Source of the DNA: Nitrospinae bacterium RIFCSPLOWO2_12_FULL_45_22
GTDB lineage: Bacteria; 2-12-FULL-45-22
Direction of reading: 5' to 3'
NCBI GenBank assembly: GCA_001803565.1
Contig: MHDQ01000282.1
Coordinates: 1-33,935 of the forward strand
Length of the DNA stretch: 33,935 bases
The translations under genes were made by a program, and so were the position numbers. Within the stretch, counting starts at the first letter, position 1. Every line of letters starts with the position of its first letter. Below the pieces are notes generated by a model. It was not told the origin of the DNA and ran no database searches. It worked only from the letters and a program-made list of their open reading frames with translations. Below are positions 26,521-33,935 of this stretch, piece after piece.

Positions 26521-27910
26521 CTGGGTGGGGTCTTTTCTTTTTTCTATCATATTAAATTTGACCAATGCCTGGCTGGTCTATATCCTGGTCTTGTTGCTCC
26601 AAAAGAAAAGATTGATAGCCCTTATAACCAGTTTAATCTTTCTCGTCCACCCCTTCTTGTGGTGGGGATTGGGAGATGGTTCTAGCCAGCAAAGAGGTTT
26701 ATTTCTATCTTTTTTTTTACTGGCGTTTATCTTGTTTGAGAGATCAACCACCCCCAAGAGGATCAATTATCTTAATTCCCTGGCCCTCTTCTTGCTTGCC
26801 CTCCTTTTTAGCCCCGGGGCCGTTATCCTCCCTTTCCTCTTGCTCTTATATGATTACCATTTTATTGTGCCTCAGGAAACCCAGGGCTCGCTGAATAGGT
26901 GGAAGAAATATTACCCTTTTTTTGAAGTCCTGGGGCTGTTTCTAGCCCTCAAATATATTCTCTTTGCCCCTAGCCTGATACCCGCCTCAGAACCACCGGA
27001 CTTCTTAGTGAGCATAGCAAATATTCCAGCCATCTTCCTCTACTGCCTTGCTTTGTCCCCTGATCTTATTCCGCAAGTATCCGGGGCTTCCGAGATAAGC
27101 TTGTTGAAATACCTCCTTTCTGCTGCGGGGGTAGCCTTATTCATCTCAGGCAGTATAAAGCTGTATCGCTTTTCCCGGGTGTTATCTTTTGTTTCTCTCT
27201 GGTTCTTCCTCTCTCTGGTTTCTACCCTTTACCTAACACCTTCACCGATAGAACCCCAGAGCTACTATCTGCCAGTGGTAGCAGTCAGTTGGTCTATTGG
27301 GTGGCTCCTGGCAGAGCTATGGTCTGCTAGATATGGATTTATGAAATACCTGGCCTGCTTATTCCTCTTTTTTATCATGGCGTTTTATTTAGAGTCTGAT
27401 ATACCCTATAATGAGGCAGTTATTATACCTAGGCCTGAATCCCGGCAATTTGTTAGCCCTGATCTGGCTGATTATCACTTCTTTTTGGCCTATGCCTATC
27501 AGCGAGTGGGTAAGTATACTCAAGCCATTAAGGAAAATAACCTGGCCTTAAGACTTAATCCCCGCGCCATACACCCTCATCTCAACTTAGGAGTAATATA
27601 TGCCCAGTTAGGAGAGCATGACCGGGCGATAAAGGAACTACAAGAAGTACTAAAGGTTTTTCCTTATCATTTATATGCCCTTAATTGGCTGGGAGATGTT
27701 TATAAAAAGTTAGGTAAGTGGGAAAAGGCCAAGGAGCAATATTTGCTGGCTATTATGTATGATCCCGATGATGTGGTTGCCCGTAATAATCTAGGGGTAA
27801 TCTATTTACGGGAAGAAAAGCCCGTAGAGGCCAAATTGCACTTCCAGCACGTCCTGACCATTGATCCGACTGATCCAGTAGCAAAAGAATATTTGAGGAT
27901 AATGAAATAA
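26510..27910 (+). CDS. Multi-pass membrane protein with C-terminal TPR repeats (TMTC-like, N-terminally shortened)
   Basis: TM region with LIFLVHP and YYLP; four TPRs (HLNLGVIY, LNWLGDVY, RNNLGVIY). Start uncertain (26474 or 26510). Confidence 0.75.
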   Translation: MVASWVGSFLFSIILNLTNAWLVYILVLLLQKKRLIALITSLIFLVHPFLWWGLGDGSSQQRGLFLSFFLLAFILFERSTTPKRINYLNSLALFLLALLFSPGAVILPFLLLLYDYHFIVPQETQGSLNRWKKYYPFFEVLGLFLALKYILFAPSLIPASEPPDFLVSIANIPAIFLYCLALSPDLIPQVSGASEISLLKYLLSAAGVALFISGSIKLYRFSRVLSFVSLWFFLSLVSTLYLTPSPIEPQSYYLPVVAVSWSIGWLLAELWSARYGFMKYLACLFLFFIMAFYLESDIPYNEAVIIPRPESRQFVSPDLADYHFFLAYAYQRVGKYTQAIKENNLALRLNPRAIHPHLNLGVIYAQLGEHDRAIKELQEVLKVFPYHLYALNWLGDVYKKLGKWEKAKEQYLLAIMYDPDDVVARNNLGVIYLREEKPVEAKLHFQHVLTIDPTDPVAKEYLRIMK

Positions 27911-27930
27911 ATAATAGATATAGGTTCATT

Positions 27931-29991
27931 ATGAATAAGATCAGGTCTTGCATCAGGCATATAAGAAAGCCCGGCTTAGCCTATCTAGTTATCTTCCTCG
28001 GTGCGTTTGGCTTTTTCTTATCTCTGTATAAATATGATTTCTTCATAGAAGATGAAGGGCTCTACCTATACGAAACCCTTCGGATATATAAAGGGCAACT
28101 ACCTTACCGGGACTTTCGCGTAGGCTACACCCCCTTAGGGCTTTATCTCTATAGCCTGCTCTTCTATCTCTTCGGCCCCGGACAACCAGTATTACGTATC
28201 TGGACCTGTTTTATGAATGCCAGCTCTACGCTCTTACTCTTTGTCCTGGGCCGAAGGATACTCCCTATCCCCTGGGCCATTATCCCCTGCCTCCTATTTT
28301 TATCGTTAAAACCCGAGGGTTATGGCTCTTCTCTGTGGTTGCATAATACCCCTTATTTTGGCTGGACTATCGTCTTTTTATGGCTTTTGGGTGTATGGTT
28401 TCTCTGTCGGCATATAGAATCTTATAAACCGTCCTGGCTTTTCCTTTCCGGCCTGGCTAATGGTGCCATGTTTTCTATTAAGAGCAATGCCGGGGTATAT
28501 TTTGCCTGGCTAATCCTGCTTTATCTGGCCTACCAGACCACCGGTCATTCCAGGGAGAATAGGTGGTCATGGTGCTTTAAGGGATTGGTTTTTGTCTCTA
28601 TACTCCTGGCATTAATAGGCTTATTCAGGTCCCATTTGACAGTATCAAATCTCCTGGTTTTTATCCTACCCCTTCTGACTATCATGGCTACCCTTCTATT
28701 TCAAAGTACAAAGCTCAAGGCGCAAGGTTCAATCCAAAACTCTAGAGCCCTGAACCTAGAACCTAGAACCTCTTTGTTAGGCGCAATTTTATTGTGGTTA
28801 GGAGGTTTTTTAATTATCCTGCTTCCCTGGCTCCTATACTTAGGATTAGAGATAGGGTGGCAAAATTTTGTCCAGAGCGATCTCTTTCAGAATACCTCCA
28901 GCCTGGGGGTATGGTATCTGCCCTTCTTCTATATATCTAAAGAACTATTGATAATAATTATCTTCTTATATTTGTCAGTGCGACTATTTAAACTGCTACC
29001 CAGGTATGTCTCCATACCCTTAATAATGTTATCAGCATTAATTTTTGGTTTATTGATTAACCACTTCGCCTTACCAGACTTCAAGGGGAAGTGGCGTTAT
29101 TTTAGCTGGCAGATAGATATCAACTTCATTTATCTAATCGCGGCCTCCCACTGGACCGCCCTATTTCTTATATCTGAGCATCTTAGAGGTAATAAAATAG
29201 TAACCGTTCACCCACTCGTTACCCGAAGTGTCATTCTGAGCCCTGAGATATTTATCCTAATGACCCTATCTGGCTTATTGATGATCTTGCAGGTTTATCC
29301 CCGGATGGATATTGCCCATATTATGCTCGCTTCGCCGGCCACATTGATCCTAATGGCCTGCCTGCTATATTTTAGTTATAGATATTGTACCGAGAAATAT
29401 CCCTGGGGCCGGGTCATTGCCCTTATCCTGACTACCATCATACCATTAGGGATAGTCTTCTCTAAGACCTTCCCTCTTATCTGGGAGTTGAGCCAGGTCA
29501 GACCAGCTTTATCTTCTGTAAGGATAGAGAAGGGCGGGCAAGTATTGTTAGACCTGGCTACCATCAAATTTTATCAAATCCCCCACCAGCTTAGAGATAG
29601 GTATAAAGATATTTACCCGAGTTTATTCCATGATAAGATATTGGCTTTGAAGAAAGCGACAGAATATATTCAATCGGAAACACCAGAAGGTTCTCCACTT
29701 TTTGCTTTCCCTGCTTCGGCCATACTATATTTCCTGACCAATCGCGATAATCCTACTAAGATAGATTATTTTCGACCCCAGGTGGTAACCAGTAAAGAGG
29801 AAAAGGAAGTGGTCGAGCAATTAAAAAAGACTAATCCTCCCTATATAGTGATGGGCAATGGGATAAGTGTGTGGTGGTTAGGAACCGAAAAATATTATCC
29901 CCTTATCCTGGATTACATTAGATCAAATTATTTTTTAGAGAAGAGGTTCGGGGAATTTGATATCCTTAAGAAGAGGGGTTATTCTGGATGA
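27931..29991 (+). CDS. GT-C fold membrane glycosyltransferase (PMT/ArnT-like)
   Basis: After TM1: EDEGLYLY..RIYKGQLPYRDF..GYTPL; SIKSNAG; many TMs; YFLTNRDNPT. Confidence 0.8.
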   Translation: MNKIRSCIRHIRKPGLAYLVIFLGAFGFFLSLYKYDFFIEDEGLYLYETLRIYKGQLPYRDFRVGYTPLGLYLYSLLFYLFGPGQPVLRIWTCFMNASSTLLLFVLGRRILPIPWAIIPCLLFLSLKPEGYGSSLWLHNTPYFGWTIVFLWLLGVWFLCRHIESYKPSWLFLSGLANGAMFSIKSNAGVYFAWLILLYLAYQTTGHSRENRWSWCFKGLVFVSILLALIGLFRSHLTVSNLLVFILPLLTIMATLLFQSTKLKAQGSIQNSRALNLEPRTSLLGAILLWLGGFLIILLPWLLYLGLEIGWQNFVQSDLFQNTSSLGVWYLPFFYISKELLIIIIFLYLSVRLFKLLPRYVSIPLIMLSALIFGLLINHFALPDFKGKWRYFSWQIDINFIYLIAASHWTALFLISEHLRGNKIVTVHPLVTRSVILSPEIFILMTLSGLLMILQVYPRMDIAHIMLASPATLILMACLLYFSYRYCTEKYPWGRVIALILTTIIPLGIVFSKTFPLIWELSQVRPALSSVRIEKGGQVLLDLATIKFYQIPHQLRDRYKDIYPSLFHDKILALKKATEYIQSETPEGSPLFAFPASAILYFLTNRDNPTKIDYFRPQVVTSKEEKEVVEQLKKTNPPYIVMGNGISVWWLGTEKYYPLILDYIRSNYFLEKRFGEFDILKKRGYSG

Positions 29992-31412
29992 GAGTACTAT
30001 TGGTTAAACCTGGGAGCCAGTGGCTGGCACGGATTGTAGGGCCTGATATTGGCTTAGGCTATTTAGCTACCCAAATTAGAAATACCGGTCATACGGTAAA
30101 AATCCTTGATTGTTTAAAAGAAAAAATAGATCCTAAAGGCATTAAAAAGGAAATCCAGGAATACCAACCAGAGGTAGTAGGATTTAAGAGCTACACCATG
30201 GACCTTCCCTGGGTCAAAGAGGCGAGTTTAGCGGTTAAGGCCATTAACCCCAGGATAGTTACGCTGGTAGGTGGACCGCATCCGTCTGGTGATCCAGGGC
30301 ATACGTTAAGATACCTGAAAGAGATAGATTTTGCCTTTAGGGGCGAGGCGGAGGTGGGATTACCTATGCTTTTGCATAGTATCTCGCATAATTCGAGCCC
30401 TAAGCTGGAAGAGGTTCCTAGTCTATGCTATAGGGTGGGCGAAGAAATAGAAGAAATAAAGGTGAATAAACAGTCCTTTGTGCAAGACCTGGATACTATT
30501 GGTATGCCAGCCTGGGATTTAATTGACCCGCGGGGATACCGCAATTTTACCAGGGCCTGGGGTAACGGTGGTGCCTATATACCTATTTCTTTTACCCGGG
30601 GATGTCCTTTTAATTGCACCTTTTGTGCCACAAGGTTAATAAATGGAAATGGATTTAGAAAAAGGGGGATAGGCCATATCCTGGCGGAATTAAATTTACT
30701 CTACCATGAGTACGGTGTCCGTAACTTAAGTATTGCGGATGATAATTTAACTCTGGATAAGAATTACTTGATGGAAGTATGCCGGGCAATTAATGAAGCG
30801 AATATTAGCTTCAGATGGGATTTTCCCAATGGGGTACGGGTAACAACCCTGGATGAGGAGCTACTTCATAGGTTAGAGACAACCGGCTGGGGCTCAATAT
30901 GTGTAGCTATTGAATCAGGCTCTCAGAGAATTCTGGATCATATGGGGAAAAAGATTACCCTCAAAGAAATAAGGGATGGGGTGCATCTAATAAAGAAAAC
31001 TACTAAAATGGAAATTTTAGGTTTTTTTATCCTGGGCTATCCGGAAGAGACCCTGGAGGATATTCGGGCCACAATAAAATTTGCCTTAGACCTGCCCCTG
31101 GATATGGTTACTTTCTTCTACTTCTCTCCCCATCCCGGCACCGAAATCCATAGGCAGTTAGTAGAAAAATATCCGGAAAAGTTTGATAATATTGATTGGA
31201 CCACCTTCCAATATGTCAGACCAACTTTTCCCCCACCGAATATGTCAGGGGAACAATTTGAAAGATTGGTAAGGGGTGCCTACCTCCGCTTTTATCTCAG
31301 ACCCAGGGTAATATTGAGAATCTTAAGGCGAAGGAGATACCAACAGACAAAATTAGCTACTATAATTATCAGGTTTATCAAGAGAATGTGGTACCTTTTC
31401 TTTGAAAGGTAA
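29988..31412 (+). CDS. Cobalamin-binding radical SAM protein
   Basis: PDIGLGYLA, GGPHPS, GEAE, TRGCPFNCTFC, DDNLT, FPNGVR, AIESGS, PHPGT. Confidence 0.92.
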   Translation: MRVLLVKPGSQWLARIVGPDIGLGYLATQIRNTGHTVKILDCLKEKIDPKGIKKEIQEYQPEVVGFKSYTMDLPWVKEASLAVKAINPRIVTLVGGPHPSGDPGHTLRYLKEIDFAFRGEAEVGLPMLLHSISHNSSPKLEEVPSLCYRVGEEIEEIKVNKQSFVQDLDTIGMPAWDLIDPRGYRNFTRAWGNGGAYIPISFTRGCPFNCTFCATRLINGNGFRKRGIGHILAELNLLYHEYGVRNLSIADDNLTLDKNYLMEVCRAINEANISFRWDFPNGVRVTTLDEELLHRLETTGWGSICVAIESGSQRILDHMGKKITLKEIRDGVHLIKKTTKMEILGFFILGYPEETLEDIRATIKFALDLPLDMVTFFYFSPHPGTEIHRQLVEKYPEKFDNIDWTTFQYVRPTFPPPNMSGEQFERLVRGAYLRFYLRPRVILRILRRRRYQQTKLATIIIRFIKRMWYLFFER

Positions 31413-31579
31413 GGAGGAAAATTGTTTATCTGTGGTAAATTTTTGGGAGACTTAATCCGAAATTATGAAACAGGTTAGCCAAATAAAGCTCATTATAAAA
31501 TTGTCGGAGATAGAATCTAAATCCCCTAATGCGGGATAAACATCTACAAAAAGCGTTGGTAAAATGAAACCAAAGACTT

Positions 31580-31684
31580 AACCACGAATGACACGAATGG
31601 ACGAATGGCATCAATAGCCTTTGGCGTTGCCTGCAACATTTTTTACTCCATTCGTGCTATTCGTATATTCGTGTAATTTGTGTT
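31580..31684. repeat. REP-like bipartite palindrome of (C)ACGAAT / ATTCGT(G) units
   Basis: CACGAATGACACGAATGGACGAATGG ... CCATTCGTGCTATTCGTATATTCGTG. Confidence 0.7.
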
Positions 31685-31716
31685 CCCTCTTATTTTGGCT
31701 AAACATTTACGAAATT

Positions 31717-32781
31717 ATGAAAATAGAAGATATATCTAGGATACTGATAATAAAACCTAGCTCCCTGGGCGATGTGATCCATACCTTGCCCCTGCTAAAG
31801 GCATTACGGGATCAATTCCCCCAGGCTTATATCGCCTGGTTAATTAGTCCAGAATTTAAAGATATTATTGAAGAGAACCCTTACCTGGATCAAATATTTG
31901 TTTTCCATAAAGAAAAATGGGGCAACCCTTACCGTCTCCCTTTAACTATGAAGGAATTTTTTTCCCTGATCCGCCAGATACGGCGGCAAAGATTTCAGCT
32001 TGTTATAGATGTACAGGGGCTATTACGCAGCGGCATTGTGGCCTATCTCTCCCGGGCTCCCTATCGGCTTGGTTTTGAAAACGCCCGGGAATTCAGCCCT
32101 ATATTTTATAACAAGAAGATACCGGTGCCTAATACAGAAGTCCATGCCGTTGACCGCTACCTGTCTCTGCTGCCCGGGAAAAGGGATGAGCTTCTTAAAC
32201 CTGAATTTTATCTGCCTGTTTCTGAGCCGGTCAGAGATAGTATCTGGCATATGTTGCAGCAAAACCAGGTTGATCTTAATAAAGAACTCTTTCTCCTTAA
32301 TCCCGGCGCTAAATGGAGTACTAAACGCTGGCCAGCAAAGAGCTATGCCCGTTTAGCTGAGGCCATACATGCGCAATTTGGTGGCCATATTATCCTTATC
32401 GGTGGGAAGGAAGACCAACCACTAGCAGAGGAGATAGCATCTTGTGTCCGGATCAATCTTGCGGTATTAACCGCAAAGACCTCTTTGAAACAATTAGCGG
32501 CCCTCATGCAAATGTCAACCTTACTAATAACCAATGATTCAGGACCAATGCACTTAGCTAATGCAGTTGGCACTCCTATTGTCGCTATTTTCGGGCCTAC
32601 TAACCCTAAAAGGACCGGCCCTTATCAAGGTAACTATATAGTGGTTCAGAGGGAACTACCCTGTGCCCCTTGCTATCTAAGGAAATGCCCTGCCGGCCAG
32701 GAATGCCTGCAGGAATTAGGGGTAGATCAGGTTATGTCAGCCGTACAACAGCTCATGAGGAGGATAAGATGCGGTGCCTAG
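31717..32781 (+). CDS. LPS heptosyltransferase (GT9; WaaF/WaaC type)
   Basis: ILIIKPSSLGDVIHTLP, DVQGLLRS, NPGAKWSTKRWP, ITNDSGPMHLA, IFGPTNP, CAPCYLRKC; start at ATG 31717. Confidence 0.9.
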   Translation: MKIEDISRILIIKPSSLGDVIHTLPLLKALRDQFPQAYIAWLISPEFKDIIEENPYLDQIFVFHKEKWGNPYRLPLTMKEFFSLIRQIRRQRFQLVIDVQGLLRSGIVAYLSRAPYRLGFENAREFSPIFYNKKIPVPNTEVHAVDRYLSLLPGKRDELLKPEFYLPVSEPVRDSIWHMLQQNQVDLNKELFLLNPGAKWSTKRWPAKSYARLAEAIHAQFGGHIILIGGKEDQPLAEEIASCVRINLAVLTAKTSLKQLAALMQMSTLLITNDSGPMHLANAVGTPIVAIFGPTNPKRTGPYQGNYIVVQRELPCAPCYLRKCPAGQECLQELGVDQVMSAVQQLMRRIRCGA

Positions 32782-33719
32782 TTAGCGGAGTAGCAGGATT
32801 TATCGGCTCCCATTTAGCCGAGAGGCTGGTGAGAGACGGCCAGGAAGTAATAGGTATTGACTGTTTTCTGGATTATTATCCCCGGGAGGTAAAGGAAGAG
32901 AATTTAGCCGGGCTGAAAAAATCGCCAAATTTCCATTTTCAGGAGGCTAATTTACTAGAGCTGGACCTACCAGCGTTAGTGCAAAAGACCGACTTTATCT
33001 TTCATCTGGCCGCCCAGGCCGGGGTACGGGCCAGTTGGGGGGAGAGCTTTTCTATTTATACCGAAAATAATATCCGGGCTACCCAGAGGCTCCTGGAGTC
33101 CTGTAAAGGCCAAAAGGTAAGCAAGTTTATCCTGGCCTCTTCCTCGTCGGTCTATGGTGATGCGGAGGAAATGCCAACTTCGGAAAATAGCGCTCCTAAA
33201 CCAGTCTCACCTTATGGATTGTCTAAATTGGCCTGTGAACATTTATGCTACTTATACTGGAAAAACCATAAGATACCCTATCTAGCCTTACGGTATTTCA
33301 CCGTTTATGGCCCCAGACAACGGCCAGATATGGCCTTCCATAAGTTCTTACGGTCCGCCCTGCACGGAAAAGAGATAGAGATTTATGGCGATGGTAATCA
33401 AACTCGAGACTTTACCTATATATCTGATATTATAAATGCCACAGTAAAGTCTATATCAACCGATGCGGTAGCAGAATCAGTGAACCTTGGTGGTGGTTCC
33501 CCGGCTACTATCTGGCAGGTATTGAATATAATAGAAGAGATTACCGGTAAAAGGGTTAGATTAAGACATATAGAAGAGCAAAAAGGCGATGTACGGCATA
33601 CCTGTGCCGATATCACTAAGGCCCAGAGGATATTGGGCTATGCCCCGCAAGTAAGGCTGGGAGAGGGTTTACGCAAACAATTCTTATGGCAGAAAGGAGG
33701 GATGCTAGATGCCTATTGA
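32769..33719 (+). CDS. NAD-dependent NDP-sugar 4-epimerase/dehydratase (extended SDR)
   Basis: VSGVAGFIGSH, HLAAQAGVR, ASSSSVYG, YGLSK, RYFTVYGPRQRPDMAFHKF. Confidence 0.92.
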   Translation: MRCLVSGVAGFIGSHLAERLVRDGQEVIGIDCFLDYYPREVKEENLAGLKKSPNFHFQEANLLELDLPALVQKTDFIFHLAAQAGVRASWGESFSIYTENNIRATQRLLESCKGQKVSKFILASSSSVYGDAEEMPTSENSAPKPVSPYGLSKLACEHLCYLYWKNHKIPYLALRYFTVYGPRQRPDMAFHKFLRSALHGKEIEIYGDGNQTRDFTYISDIINATVKSISTDAVAESVNLGGGSPATIWQVLNIIEEITGKRVRLRHIEEQKGDVRHTCADITKAQRILGYAPQVRLGEGLRKQFLWQKGGMLDAY

Positions 33720-33879
33720 CAAAGAGTTACTCGATATACTGGCCTGTCCTAAGTGTAAAGGGGATATTATCTATGACCAGGAGAAGGATGGCTTGATATG
33801 TAATGCCTGCAAGCTAATGTACCCTATTAAAGATGAAATACCAGTTATGCTTATTGATGAGGCCATCAGAGTAGAATAG
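33709..33879 (+). CDS. Trm112/YcaR-family small protein (56 aa)
   Basis: Manual translation MPIDKELLDILACPKCKGDIIYDQEKDGLICNACKLMYPIKDEIPVMLIDEAIRVE*; RBS AGGAGG upstream. Confidence 0.92.
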   Translation: MPIDKELLDILACPKCKGDIIYDQEKDGLICNACKLMYPIKDEIPVMLIDEAIRVE

Positions 33880-33935
33880 CAAATTATACACCGCTTATAC
33901 ACCGCAAAGGCGCTAAGAACGCAATGACCCCCAAT

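Overview
Anaerobe-type, Gram-negative bacterial scaffold (probably a MAG; one 14-N gap at 16332-16345). Core genes: hisG-hisI (minus); a divergent Tat-less molybdopterin oxidoreductase complex (catalytic, FeS and NrfD-type subunits, PadBCD-like) plus a MoaD/ThiS-type carrier; a four-subunit 2-oxoacid:ferredoxin oxidoreductase operon; a UroD/MtaA-family methyltransferase; and a cell-envelope cluster (two B12-dependent radical SAMs, a TPR membrane protein, a GT-C glycosyltransferase, an LPS heptosyltransferase, an NDP-sugar epimerase, Trm112). Two accessory tracts interrupt these. The first (about 6.1-13.3 kb) holds an inverted-repeat-bounded REP-associated Y1 transposase, an mprF remnant, a YejM-like sulfatase frameshifted in a T8 tract, an IS91 remnant and a large membrane patatin-like phospholipase. 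The second (about 16.4-23.6 kb) holds an IS1380 remnant, four toxin-antitoxin pairs, gene fragments, attC-like sites and IS91 remnants. Two observations stand out. (1) Two split ORFs form one exported DsbA-like selenoprotein with a UPFC active site and a SECIS-like hairpin. (2) A family of defective IS91-like elements shares an oriIS-like end, and two copies join unrelated cargo DNA at exactly the same internal base, suggesting a non-autonomous rolling-circle gene-capture unit. All family calls come from motif recognition; no database searches were run.
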